A stretch of DNA of 64,000 bases from Nanobdellota archaeon. GTDB lineage: Archaea > Nanobdellota > Nanobdellia > Woesearchaeales > SM23-78. Each line of letters starts with the position of its first letter. Position 1 is the stretch's first letter. The notes beneath the pieces were generated by a model. That model worked only from the letters and a program-made list of their open reading frames with translations. It searched no databases and was not told the origin of the DNA. The DNA is taken from positions 34,832 through 98,831 of the forward strand of contig JAHJQO010000014.1 in the NCBI GenBank assembly GCA_018819305.1. The letters are read 5' to 3'. Positions 39,075 to 49,415 of this stretch are shown one piece after another. Made by a program: the position numbers and the translations under genes.

Positions 39075-40448
39075 ATGTTAAATTACAAAAATGACTCCTT
39101 ATTATTGAACAAAGAAACTGCTAACGATTTAATTAGAAATAAGAATACTGACTTCATTTTTATCGATAAAGAAAAGAAAATATTGAATTTATTCTCGGCT
39201 TTTGTAAAAAAAGATGACTTCATTAAGAAAGATGAACTATGTCAACCGCTACAAAAAACCATTTATGTGAAAATAACTCAAAAACTCTTAAATAAAATTA
39301 AAAACAGATTCAAAGATAAAAAAGAAATTATAATAATTCTAGAAAAATATACTGATCGAAGAATTGTCACAAAAGAAGGGGTTAATAGATGGTTTAACAC
39401 CAGAATAATTCCTTTTATTCTTTTAAGAATATTAAGCAAAGATAATGAAGAATTTGCAGAATTCATAAAAGAAATTGATTACATTACTGATTTCTTAAAT
39501 AAAAGCAAATTTTACTGTCCGAAAACATTAGATGAATTATTAACACCAAAAATATTTTATCTCTGTGGATGCTCAGTTGGAGACGGTCATATAGATAAAA
39601 CAGGCAAAAGATGGGTTTTGGTGGATGGAAGCTCTAACAAAGAAAGATTACTTCAATCTCACAAATTCGTAGTTAACTTATCAAATTTACTTGAAAATTT
39701 AGGGATGAAATCAAGTATAAAATTAAAGAAAACAAAATGTATTTTAACAGCAAATAACAAACCTTTTTGTAGGTTTCTAAACTTCTTCTTTGGCTTGCCT
39801 TATGGAAAGAAAAAAGAAGTTGTATTAAGAAAACCAATTATACTAAATCAGAGTAAGAAAGATTTAGAAAAATACTTCTGGAGAGGATGTTTTGACACAG
39901 ACGGGAGTGTGAATAAAGATGGTACAATAGATTTATGTTCTTCAGATAATAATCTACTAACTGAATGTGAATCATATTTGGAAAACATAGGTATTAAAAC
40001 AAAAAAAAACAATATATTAATTACCATTAATATTCAAGAACTAAAGAAATTCACACAAATCGGTTTTGCTCATCAACGAAAACAAAAAGAATTCTTAAAA
40101 ATACTTAGACGAGGATTAAAACAGGAAAAAATGAATATAAGAGACAGTGAAAAGGTAGATACAAATTTATCAAGGATACATGATTTAATAAGAATCGATG
40201 GCAACTACAGAATAAGAATTCACAGAAGAAACCTTAAAAAGAGCGATATTGATGAAGAGGGAATAAGAAAAATCATTAAAGAAATGTTTGGATATGATCT
40301 AAAAGAAACAAGGAAATTACTTTATTTCAAATCCAAAAAAGTATATGAATACTTAAATAAGCGTCTTAAATCAGAGTCATATTGGAAACCTATAAATACT
40401 CAAGAAGAAGCCCAATTATTAGAAGAATGGAATGAGGTTTGGAATTAA
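39075..40448 (+). mobile_element. Free-standing LAGLIDADG homing endonuclease gene (457 aa). Its stop abuts the ABCE1 start (TAAATG).
   Basis: The two dodecapeptide motifs are IFYLCGCSVGDGHI and YFWRGCFDTDGSV, ~110 aa apart. No intein splicing blocks (no N-terminal C/S, no terminal HN). Confidence 0.7.
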
Positions 40449-42185
40449 ATGACAAGATTAGCTATTGTTGACAATAACAAACTAAAAGATATGGCTTTGA
40501 AAAAACACATACAAAGTTTATGTCCTGTTAATAGAACAGGAAGTGATTGCATGTATTTTGAGGGTTCAAAGCTTTTAATAGATGAAGCTTTATGCATTGG
40601 ATGCGGAATTTGCACTAAACCCGCTTTAGAAGCAATTCACATAGTTAATCTGCCAGAGGAATTAAAAAAAGAACCTGTGCATCGTTATGGAAAAAATGGT
40701 TTTGCTCTTTACAGCCTGCCAATCCCAATCAATGGAAAAGTTGTTGGTATTGTTGGAAAAAACGGCATTGGAAAAACCACTGCTCTTAAAATTCTTGCAG
40801 GTATTGAAAAGCCTAACTTTGGAATTCCAGGGGCAGAAGCAAGTTATGATGAGTTGATTGATTATTTTAAAGGTAGTGAGGCGCAGGGTTTTTTTGAAAA
40901 GCTCAAAAAAGGCGAAGTTGTTATTAGTTACAAGCCTCAGCAAGTTGATTTGATTCCTAAGCAATACAAAGGAACTGTCAAGGATTTGCTTGTCAAAGTT
41001 GACGAGAAAAAAGAACTTGACAAAATGGCTGAAGTGCTAGAGTTAAAAGAGATTCTTGACCATGATATTTCTAAGATTAGTGGCGGTGAACTTCAAAGAG
41101 TTGCTATTGCTGCCTGTGTTCTGAAAAAAGCAAATGTTTATTTTTTTGACGAACCAACCAGTTTTCTGGATGTCAAGCAAAGACTTAAGATAAGTCAGTT
41201 CATAAGAAACCTTGTTAATGAAGAAACTGGCGTAATTGTTGTTGAGCACGACCTGATAATTCTTGACTACATGGCTGACTTGATTCATTTGATGTATGGT
41301 AAACCAGGTGCTTTTGGAGTTGTAAGTCAGCCAAAGAGTGCAAAAGGTGGTATTAATGTTTATTTGTCTGGATTTTTAAAAGAAGAAAATGTGAGGTTCA
41401 GGGATGAAACAATAAAATTTGAAGCCAGACCTCCTATTGACATGAAACGAATGCATTTATTAACAGAGTGGGAAGGTTTCAAGCAAAAACTTGAAAGCTT
41501 TGAATTAGTAGCAGAAAAAGGAAATATCTATAAGCAGGATATTGTTGGTGTTCTTGGAGAAAACGGCATTGGAAAAACAACTTTTGTAAGAGTTCTTGCA
41601 GGTGAAATCAAAGGTCATGAATTAGAAGGACTTGGAATAAGTTATAAGCCACAGTATCTTGATTCAAGTGATGAACTTGTTATGAGTTTTATTCCGCTTG
41701 CAGTTCACAAATATGATGCTCAGCTTGTAAAGCCACTGGGCTTAAAGAATTTATTAATGAGAAAATTAAATGAGCTAAGTGGTGGAGAGTTGCAAAGAGT
41801 GTGGATTGCAAAATGTTTGAGTGAAGATTCTGATTTGATTCTTATGGACGAACCATCTGCTTATCTTGATGTAGAACAAAGGCTAAGCTTAGGAAAGATT
41901 ATACGAGATATGCTAAAGATTACAGGCAGAAGTGCACTTATAGTTGATCATGACTTATTGTTTATTGACACAATTTCTGACAGGCTCACTGTTTTTGAAG
42001 GAAAACCAGCAGTGCATGGCAAAGTAACAGGCCCATTCCCAATGGAAGAAGGCATGAATCACTTCCTTGACCACATCGACGTAACCTTCAGAAGAGATGA
42101 AGAAAGCAAAAGACCTCGCATCAACAAGCTAGGCAGCCAAAAAGACAAAGAACAGAAAAGAACAGGAAAATTGTATTATTCTTAA
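40449..42185 (+). CDS. abcE1: ABCE1 (RNase L inhibitor/Rli1, ribosome recycling ATPase) with twin ABC domains. Its N-terminal FeS domain is degenerate.
   Basis: Two Walker A motifs (GIVGKNGIGKTT, GVLGENGIGKTT), two signatures (ISGGELQRVAIA, LSGGELQRVWIA), and a C-terminal ...KLGSQKDKEQKRTGKLYY tail. The N-terminus retains CIGCGIC but lacks the CxxxxCxxxCxxxCP Cys residues. Confidence 0.9.
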   Translation: MTRLAIVDNNKLKDMALKKHIQSLCPVNRTGSDCMYFEGSKLLIDEALCIGCGICTKPALEAIHIVNLPEELKKEPVHRYGKNGFALYSLPIPINGKVVGIVGKNGIGKTTALKILAGIEKPNFGIPGAEASYDELIDYFKGSEAQGFFEKLKKGEVVISYKPQQVDLIPKQYKGTVKDLLVKVDEKKELDKMAEVLELKEILDHDISKISGGELQRVAIAACVLKKANVYFFDEPTSFLDVKQRLKISQFIRNLVNEETGVIVVEHDLIILDYMADLIHLMYGKPGAFGVVSQPKSAKGGINVYLSGFLKEENVRFRDETIKFEARPPIDMKRMHLLTEWEGFKQKLESFELVAEKGNIYKQDIVGVLGENGIGKTTFVRVLAGEIKGHELEGLGISYKPQYLDSSDELVMSFIPLAVHKYDAQLVKPLGLKNLLMRKLNELSGGELQRVWIAKCLSEDSDLILMDEPSAYLDVEQRLSLGKIIRDMLKITGRSALIVDHDLLFIDTISDRLTVFEGKPAVHGKVTGPFPMEEGMNHFLDHIDVTFRRDEESKRPRINKLGSQKDKEQKRTGKLYYS

Positions 42186-42232
42186 CTTACCATTACAAAA
42201 TTAATAAAAAGCCAACATTTAAATATTATGTA

Positions 42233-43105
42233 ATGGTACTTATTCTTATGAGAGTAATAAAAAGAAAAAAAGGCAGCAAAGAATACTATTATCTTCAGCA
42301 TTCATTCAGAATAAAGGGCAAAGTGGTGACTAGAGAAAAATATCTTGGTAAAGAAATACCTGTAATCATAGAAGAAATAAAAAAAGCTTTTGAAGAAAAA
42401 ACATCTAAACAAGAATTGTATAAAAAACTAGAGAAAATAAAACAAGGCTTTCAAAAAGAGTGGAAAAAATACCCTGAAAGCATAAAAAACAAGATAAAAA
42501 AACAGATTTCGATAGAATTAACCTATAACACAAACGCAATAGAAGGCTCAACAATAACACTAGAAGAAACAAGAGAAATAATAGAAGACCAAATAGCGCC
42601 AAACAAACCATTAAAAGATGTAAAAGAAACAGAATCACACTCAGAACTTTTTCTAAAAATACTAAAAAACAAAGAAAAGATAAGCATAAAAACAATGATA
42701 AAATGGCACAAAGAACTATTCAAAGACACTAAACAAGACATTGCAGGAATAATAAGAGAATACAATGTGAGAGTTGGAAACCACACAGCACCTGACTGGC
42801 AAGAAATTAAAAAACTACTGAAAAAACTAATTGATTTCTATAAAAAAAATAAAGAAACAAACCCTGTTGAATTAGCAGCCAAAACACATTATCAATTCGA
42901 GAAGATCCATCCCTTTGGAGATGGCAATGGCAGAATAGGAAGACTCATAATAAATAATACGCTTTGGAGCGCAGGATATCCAATGCTGATAATCGAGTAC
43001 AAGAAACGAAAAGGTTATTACAAAGCATTGCAAAAAGACGAAGAAAAATTTTTCAATTATTTTGCAAGAAAATATTTGAAAGTGCATAGCAAATATTTGA
43101 AATAG
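42233..43105 (+). CDS. Fic/Doc family protein (AMPylation domain).
   Basis: Fic motif HPFGDGNGRIGRL (HPFx[DE]GNGR). Confidence 0.8.
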   Translation: MVLILMRVIKRKKGSKEYYYLQHSFRIKGKVVTREKYLGKEIPVIIEEIKKAFEEKTSKQELYKKLEKIKQGFQKEWKKYPESIKNKIKKQISIELTYNTNAIEGSTITLEETREIIEDQIAPNKPLKDVKETESHSELFLKILKNKEKISIKTMIKWHKELFKDTKQDIAGIIREYNVRVGNHTAPDWQEIKKLLKKLIDFYKKNKETNPVELAAKTHYQFEKIHPFGDGNGRIGRLIINNTLWSAGYPMLIIEYKKRKGYYKALQKDEEKFFNYFARKYLKVHSKYLK

Positions 43106-43110
43106 AAAAA

Positions 43111-44235
43111 TCACCTCAAACTTTCATATCCGCCAGGAATTCCTTTTTTTGAAAGCACTATCTGCCATAACTGGTTGTTTCTTGCTCTGAAACCTCCTGC
43201 ACAGCTTAGTATATAATATTCCCACATTCTAAAGAATCTGTCATCGTATTTTGGATTCTTTTTTATTTCATTCCAGTTCTTTGTAAAATTATCATACCAA
43301 GCCATTAATGTTTTATCATAATCTGCTCCAAAATTATGCCAGTCTTCAATCATAAACAATCCTTCGATTGCTTTTGTCAGCTGAACAGGAGAAGGAAGCA
43401 TTCCATCAGGAAAAATATATTTATGCATCCATGGCTCTCCTATAACAGAACTCTTGTTGCCTGCTATTGTATGCAAGAGAAACAAACCGTCATCTTTTAA
43501 ACAATTATTTGCAATTTCCATATAAGTTCTATAGTTCTTATATCCGACATGTTCTATCATTCCAACAGATACTATTCTGTCAAACTTGCCTTTAATATTT
43601 CTGTAATCTTCTAATTTTATTTCAACATTTAATCCTTTACATATATCTACTGCAAGTTTTGCCTGTTCTTTGGAAACAGTTATACCCACAACTTTTACTT
43701 TACATTTCTCTGCAGCATATTTTGCAAAGCCTCCCCAACCGCATCCTATATCAAGTACTCGCATGCCTTTTTTTAATCCTAGTTTTTTGCAGATTAAGTC
43801 AAGTTTTGCTTCCTGCGCCTGGTCAAGGGTTTTTGCATTTTTCCAATAGCCGCAGCTATAATTCATTCTTTTATCAAGCATTAGTTTGTATAGGTCATTG
43901 CCTATATCATAATGAGCTTTCCCAATATTATATGCTCGGGATTTTTTTTGAAGATTAAACAGTTTTGCCTTCAGAGCAATCATCAATACAGGTGCTCCTT
44001 GCACTTGGTCTCTTAAATTAGCCATTAAGAATTTATGAAAGAACTGATCAAGTGCTTTGCAATCCCACCAGGCGTCCATATAACTTTCTCCAAGGCCTAG
44101 TGTGCCCTGGCTAAGAACTCTTTTGTAAATTCTTTCATCATGCACTTGAATGTCCCAAGGCCTGCTGCCATTAATCTTCACATCAGCAAGAGCTAATATT
44201 TGTTTTGCAGTTTGTATATAATTGTTTTTTGCCAT
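43111..44235 (-). CDS. Cyclopropane-fatty-acyl-phospholipid synthase family SAM methyltransferase.
   Basis: VLDIGCGWGGFAKYAAEKCKVKVVGITVS (the CFA synthase/mycolic acid MTase motif I region). The length (374 aa) and overall collinearity fit the CFA family. Confidence 0.75.
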   Translation of the reverse strand: MAKNNYIQTAKQILALADVKINGSRPWDIQVHDERIYKRVLSQGTLGLGESYMDAWWDCKALDQFFHKFLMANLRDQVQGAPVLMIALKAKLFNLQKKSRAYNIGKAHYDIGNDLYKLMLDKRMNYSCGYWKNAKTLDQAQEAKLDLICKKLGLKKGMRVLDIGCGWGGFAKYAAEKCKVKVVGITVSKEQAKLAVDICKGLNVEIKLEDYRNIKGKFDRIVSVGMIEHVGYKNYRTYMEIANNCLKDDGLFLLHTIAGNKSSVIGEPWMHKYIFPDGMLPSPVQLTKAIEGLFMIEDWHNFGADYDKTLMAWYDNFTKNWNEIKKNPKYDDRFFRMWEYYILSCAGGFRARNNQLWQIVLSKKGIPGGYESLR

Positions 44236-44296
44236 GAAAATCCTCTCAATAAGAAAAAGTAATCAGAACGATTTTATAATATTTGCGATAATAAAA

Positions 44297-45004
44297 CTAT
44301 CTCCCTCCTAAATATATACTCTTTATCTTGGGATTATTGACGATGTTTTTTCCGCCTGTCAGAGCGACTTTACCATCTTCAAGAACATAAGTCCTGTGCG
44401 CAATTTTTATTGCCTGCTTTGCATTCTGCTCAACAATCAAAACTGCTGTTCTTTCTTTATTTATATCTATTATTTTTTGAAAGATTTCCTTTGTTAGTTT
44501 TGGAGAAAGACCAAGACTTGGTTCATCTAAAAGCAACAACTGAGGGTCCTGCATGAGTGCTCTTCCCATTGCCAGCATTTGCTGCTGTCCTCCGCTCAGA
44601 GCAAAACCATATTGATTTGTTTTTTCTTTGAGCACTGGAAACTTTGCAAACACATCTTTCATCTTCTTTTTTATCAATACTTTGTCATCTGTGATAAAAG
44701 CTCCCATTTCAAGATTCTCTTTAACTGTAAGAGAAGAAAACACTTGTCTTCCCTGAGGCACATAACTAATTCCTAATCTTACTAACTCACTGGTATTTAA
44801 CTTTGTAATATTCTTGTCTCTATAAATTATCTTTCCACCATAATTTGTTGTCAAGCCAAATATGGATTTGAGAACAGTGCTCTTGCCAGCGCCATTAGGA
44901 CCAATAAGAGCAACAATCTCATCAGGTTTTATGGTTATATCTACATCTTCCAAAACCCTGAACTTTCCATACCCTGCTGCTAAATCCTTAATTGATAAAA
45001 TCAT
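44297..45004 (-). CDS. livF: Branched-chain amino acid ABC transporter ATP-binding protein (LivF-like).
   Basis: GPNGAGKST, LSGGQQQMLAMGRAL and LLLDEP are present. It is ~235 aa, the last gene of the liv operon. Confidence 0.8.
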   Translation of the reverse strand: MILSIKDLAAGYGKFRVLEDVDITIKPDEIVALIGPNGAGKSTVLKSIFGLTTNYGGKIIYRDKNITKLNTSELVRLGISYVPQGRQVFSSLTVKENLEMGAFITDDKVLIKKKMKDVFAKFPVLKEKTNQYGFALSGGQQQMLAMGRALMQDPQLLLLDEPSLGLSPKLTKEIFQKIIDINKERTAVLIVEQNAKQAIKIAHRTYVLEDGKVALTGGKNIVNNPKIKSIYLGGR

Positions 45005-45762
45005 TTTCCTAAATAAGCCTCAAGGACTTTTTTGTTTTTTCTTACTTTTCCTGGCTTGTCAGCCATTAATTTTTTTCCTGCATCAAGCACTATCACCTCA
45101 TCTGATAAACTCATTACAAAATCCATGTCATGCTCAATCAATAATATTGTTTTCCCCTGACTTCTGAGTTTTCTCAGCAAAACCTTTAATCTTTTTCTAA
45201 TAAATGGATTAACTCCTGCTGTTGGCTCGTCAAGCATTAATAATTTATAATCCATCATTAATGCTCTTGCAAGTTCAACTAATCTTTTCTGCCCATAAGA
45301 TAATTCAGATGTTAATGTTGATAATGGCTTTGTCAGTCCAACCAAGTTCACAACCTGTTTGACTTTTTTCAATAGGGATTTGCTCGGCTTTCTTGTGAAA
45401 AAAAATGATTTAAAGAAATTCTCTCCAGGATGATGCTTTGCAAGCAACAGATTTTCTTCAATTGTCAAATTATCAAATAGTCTTACTTTTTGAAAAGTCC
45501 TTGCCAGGCCTTTGTTAGCAATATAATGTGTTGGCTTATCTGTTATATCTTCATTCATAAATATTATATTGCCGCTGTTGGTTTTCAGCAGACCAGTAAT
45601 TAAGTTAAAAGCAGTTGTTTTTCCAGCGCCATTAGGACCGATTAAGCCTGTTATCTGGCCTTTTTTAACATAAAAAGAGCAGTTCCTAACTGCTTTGACC
45701 CCTCCAAAATGTTTCGATACATTATTGAATTCTAGTATTGTATCTGGCTGTTTTGTATTCAT
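45001..45762 (-). CDS. livG: Branched-chain amino acid ABC transporter ATP-binding protein (LivG-like).
   Basis: GPNGAGKTT, LSYGQKRLVELARAL and LMLDEPTAG. Confidence 0.8.
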   Translation of the reverse strand: MNTKQPDTILEFNNVSKHFGGVKAVRNCSFYVKKGQITGLIGPNGAGKTTAFNLITGLLKTNSGNIIFMNEDITDKPTHYIANKGLARTFQKVRLFDNLTIEENLLLAKHHPGENFFKSFFFTRKPSKSLLKKVKQVVNLVGLTKPLSTLTSELSYGQKRLVELARALMMDYKLLMLDEPTAGVNPFIRKRLKVLLRKLRSQGKTILLIEHDMDFVMSLSDEVIVLDAGKKLMADKPGKVRKNKKVLEAYLGK

Positions 45763-46640
45763 TATGATTCACCAAGTTCTACTCTGCCAAATATTCCTTT
45801 TGGCCTGAAATAAAGTATTAACAACAAAATTAATGCATAAAGTATCTGCCTGGCAGGCCCTACAATGCTGCTTGGAAATCCCAGGAATCTTAAAGGCTCT
45901 GGAAGTATTAATAATATGATCGCGCCCACTATTGCTCCTTTGCTGCTTCCCAAGCCGCCAACAATAATTATGCTGAATAACAAGATTACTTCCAGCAAAC
46001 TGAAAGTAGTCGGATCAATAAAGGATATATAATGAGCATAAAGACTTCCTGCTATTCCTGCAAAAAAAGCAGAAACAGTCAGGGCAATTGCTTTTGTTTT
46101 GTAAACATCTTTTCCTAATGTACTGGCAGCGACTTCATCATCTCTTGTTGCTTCAAGCATTCTACCAAACGGACTTTTTTCAACTCTGACAATCAAGAAT
46201 ACACAAATAGCCATTACAACTGCGCTAAAAATTAAGTAGCCTAGCTGCGAACTGACTGTTATGCCAAAGAATTCTGGCCTTGGAATGCCTGGCAGACCCA
46301 GAGGGCCTCTTGTTAATGAAACCCAGTTTTTCAGAACACTCTCAATTATAAATGCAAAGCCAAGGGTTGCAACTGCAAGATAATCTCCTTTAAGTTTTGT
46401 TGTTGGAAGCGACAATACAAATCCTGCAATACCTGCCATTATTGCTCCTGCAATGAGTGCTGGCAAAAATGGAGTTCCTCCAAGTGTCAGCAATGCAGAA
46501 GTGTATGCTCCTATTCCAAAGAACGCAACATGACCCATGTTAAGCATTCCTGCAAAACCAACAGTTAAATCCAAGCTTACAGCCAAGACTATGTAAATGC
46601 AAATCAAAATTAAGATATGGATTAAGTAGGCTTCTATCAT
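45762..46640 (-). CDS. livM: Branched-chain amino acid ABC transporter permease (LivM-like).
   Basis: Polytopic membrane protein with operon context. Start overlaps (ATGA). Confidence 0.75.
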   Translation of the reverse strand: MIEAYLIHILILICIYIVLAVSLDLTVGFAGMLNMGHVAFFGIGAYTSALLTLGGTPFLPALIAGAIMAGIAGFVLSLPTTKLKGDYLAVATLGFAFIIESVLKNWVSLTRGPLGLPGIPRPEFFGITVSSQLGYLIFSAVVMAICVFLIVRVEKSPFGRMLEATRDDEVAASTLGKDVYKTKAIALTVSAFFAGIAGSLYAHYISFIDPTTFSLLEVILLFSIIIVGGLGSSKGAIVGAIILLILPEPLRFLGFPSSIVGPARQILYALILLLILYFRPKGIFGRVELGES

Positions 46641-47521
46641 TTATTATTAACACCTCTTTTAATCCCAAGTATTCCTTGAGGCCTGATTAACAAGAATATA
46701 AATAAGAGAACAAATGCAATTGCATCTTTGTAGCCAGATGGCAGGAACCAAATTCCAAAGTTCTCAACCAATCCAAGTAGGTAAGAACCAAGCACTGCAC
46801 CAGGCACCATGTGAATTCCTCCAATAATCGCACCTGTAAAACCCTTGATGATTAAACTAAAGCCCATGTTAGGCTCAACATTCTGCTCAAGAGCAATTAG
46901 CACTGCTGCAATGCCTGCAATAGCACTGCCAATCATAAATGTTATGTTGTAGATTTTCTCAGGATTAATGCCCACAGTCTGGGCAACTTCTTTATTATCA
47001 GCAACTGCTCGCATAGCTTTTCCAAGTCTTGTTTTTTTCATAAAAAGCCATAATAATACAAGGAGAATAACTGACACTAGAACAATGATTATCTGCAACT
47101 CGGTTATTATTCCTCCAAAAACATTTAAGCCTGTGCTTATCTGTCCTAAGCGCACAGTTTTAATGTCAGCTCCAAACACTGCAATCATCAAAGACTGGAA
47201 CAAGATAAACATTGCCAGACTGGCAATTAGCAATACTGCATTTGTTGCTTTTCGCTTTCTCATAGGCCTATAACACAACAAGTTCATTAACAAGCCAAAC
47301 AATGCTGCAAAGATGATTGTTAAGATGGCTGACAGCCAAAAAGGAAATTTAAGCATTCCTGCAAAGAAAAACAAAATAAAAGCAGACACAGTAACAACAG
47401 CGCCATGAGCAAAATGCATGAACTTAGCCACAGAATAAATTAGGCTGAAGCCAGAGGCTATCAAAGCATAAATACTACCTGCAATAATACTATTTATCAA
47501 TAATTGAACAACAATACTCAC
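46637..47521 (-). CDS. livH: Branched-chain amino acid ABC transporter permease (LivH-like).
   Basis: Polytopic membrane protein with operon context. Confidence 0.75.
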   Translation of the reverse strand: MSIVVQLLINSIIAGSIYALIASGFSLIYSVAKFMHFAHGAVVTVSAFILFFFAGMLKFPFWLSAILTIIFAALFGLLMNLLCYRPMRKRKATNAVLLIASLAMFILFQSLMIAVFGADIKTVRLGQISTGLNVFGGIITELQIIIVLVSVILLVLLWLFMKKTRLGKAMRAVADNKEVAQTVGINPEKIYNITFMIGSAIAGIAAVLIALEQNVEPNMGFSLIIKGFTGAIIGGIHMVPGAVLGSYLLGLVENFGIWFLPSGYKDAIAFVLLFIFLLIRPQGILGIKRGVNNK

Positions 47522-47594
47522 TTTAACCTAATTCTCGTAAAATAGTTATTTAAAGCTTTTCATCAAAACCCTCAGTTCATATTTGATTTTCAAC

Positions 47595-47867
47595 TCAGTC
47601 TAATTGGTACGGTGCAATAACAAGTTCGCCCTGATCATTTAATTTCAGATAGTAAGGCTTGCCATCATATTTCAGCATGGTTTCAGGAATGCCATCTAAA
47701 TTCATATCTCGACAATATATTTGAATTTTTCTTGGCACGGCAAAATCCTGTTCCACAATATTGTTGTAAGGAACCGCCCTGCCTTTCGAATGCATTATTA
47801 TTCCTGTTGAAAAGACGCCTATAAAACTAGCAACCAAAGCCCCTGCTAAATAATCTTTTGCTCCCAT
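47595..47867 (-). CDS. Small membrane-anchored hypothetical protein.
   Basis: N-terminal TM (LAGALVASFIGVFSTGIIM). It lies between livJ and livH. Confidence 0.3.
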   Translation of the reverse strand: MGAKDYLAGALVASFIGVFSTGIIMHSKGRAVPYNNIVEQDFAVPRKIQIYCRDMNLDGIPETMLKYDGKPYYLKLNDQGELVIAPYQLD

Positions 47868-48079
47868 TTTTATCCCTCCATTTTCAATTATAAAACAATT
47901 TAATATAAAAAAAATAAAAAAATATTATTATTCAGATAAAATTCTGTAAACTTCCTCCCTTAGTCCATCATACTTCACTCTGTGCAATGCATTCTTGATG
48001 TCATCTGGGTCGGTTCCTACTTGTCTCATAATAGCTACAAGTATTCTAACAGCATCACAGGTATGATGTGTGGTTATCA

Positions 48080-49249
48080 TTACCTAATCACTGCCTCACT
48101 ATATTCTACAAGCACTGCTTCTCTATTAACTAACTCCTTAACTGCTCCTTTTATTCCCAACACATCTCCTTTCTTATCAAACTTGTATTTCCCAATGGTT
48201 CCTAAGTACCAGTCCATATCATAGAGGTAGTCTCTTATGCAATCAGTGTCCTCGCCACACTCTTCAAGTGCATTCTTGGTTATGTAAACAGTATCATATC
48301 TTGCTCCTGCATCCCAAAAGCTGAAAGGCTCTTTGTATCTTGAGTTATACTTTTCCATGAAAGCATCTGCTTTGGGATTAGACTTGTCTAAGAGTGGAGC
48401 ATCAAATACCTTTGCTCCTTCAAGCAAGTCACCAACAAGTTCTACAGACTCAGGTGCAAATAATAGAAAATTGCCGTATATTTTTACATCCATGCCTAGT
48501 TCTGCAGCCTGTTTTATTATAAGTCCAGGAGTATTACCACTGGTAGCTACATTGATAAACAAGGCATCTGGATTTACTGATTTTATCTTTGTCAGATAAG
48601 TCCTGAAATCTTTTTCTCCCGAAGCATAGCGCTCATCTGCTACAATATCAACATTAAAAGAGGGTAATTGTTCCTTAAGTCCTTTTCTTATTCCTATAGC
48701 ATAATCACTATTCTCTGTTATTATAGCAATCCTTTTGTTCTCTGCTATATAATGCAATAACGGACCAATTAAGTCTGGGTGAGTGTCTGGTATCGTTGTT
48801 CTAAAAACATAGTCTCCTGCATATGTTATGTCAGGGCTGCTTGAAAAAGCTGAGAAAAGAATTACTTTGTTTGCCTCTGTTATAGGAGCTGCTCCTAAGG
48901 TTTCACTTGAACAGGCACCTCCTAAAATTATTTTAACATTATCAATATTTATTAATTTCTGAGCTGCAGTAGCTGCTTCTTTACCACTACATTTACCATC
49001 TTCAAAGATTGCTTGTAAAGGTCTTCCATCTATTCCTCCTGCATTATTTATTTCTTCTACTGCTATATCAACTGCATTCTTTTCACCAATGCCAACAACA
49101 GCAGCATCCCCTGTAAGAGGACCAATAAAACCAATCTTAATTACTTCTTCTTTTTTAACAACTTCTCCTGTCGGTGTCTGGCTGCATCCAGCTATTAATA
49201 ATGCAAGCAAAGCAAGGCTTGCTAAAACAACAAAATTAATTTTTTTCAT
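48080..49249 (-). CDS. livJ: Periplasmic (extracytoplasmic) substrate-binding lipoprotein, LivJ/LivK-like.
   Basis: Signal peptide plus lipobox LLIAGCSQ. Type I PBP fold pattern (IKIGFIGPLTGDAAVVG). Confidence 0.7.
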   Translation of the reverse strand: MKKINFVVLASLALLALLIAGCSQTPTGEVVKKEEVIKIGFIGPLTGDAAVVGIGEKNAVDIAVEEINNAGGIDGRPLQAIFEDGKCSGKEAATAAQKLINIDNVKIILGGACSSETLGAAPITEANKVILFSAFSSSPDITYAGDYVFRTTIPDTHPDLIGPLLHYIAENKRIAIITENSDYAIGIRKGLKEQLPSFNVDIVADERYASGEKDFRTYLTKIKSVNPDALFINVATSGNTPGLIIKQAAELGMDVKIYGNFLLFAPESVELVGDLLEGAKVFDAPLLDKSNPKADAFMEKYNSRYKEPFSFWDAGARYDTVYITKNALEECGEDTDCIRDYLYDMDWYLGTIGKYKFDKKGDVLGIKGAVKELVNREAVLVEYSEAVIR

Positions 49250-49415
49250 TTTATATCACCTTTTACTACTCATAGCTAAGTAAAACTCTCTCATATGCTG
49301 TCACTCAAGAATAACTAGTTAATAAAATATATATTTTGTCCATATACTATATATACTAATATTAATCCCTATATTTTCGAAATATTTATATACTTACTTT
49401 ACCCTCTTCTAGAGC

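Noticed and set aside
39075-40448. LAGLIDADG ORF as an ABCE1 intein.
   Set aside because: It is not in frame with the upstream ABCE1 fragment. It lacks an N-terminal Cys/Ser block A and the C-terminal HN. A stop codon separates it from ABCE1. It is treated as free-standing unless resequencing shows a frameshift.
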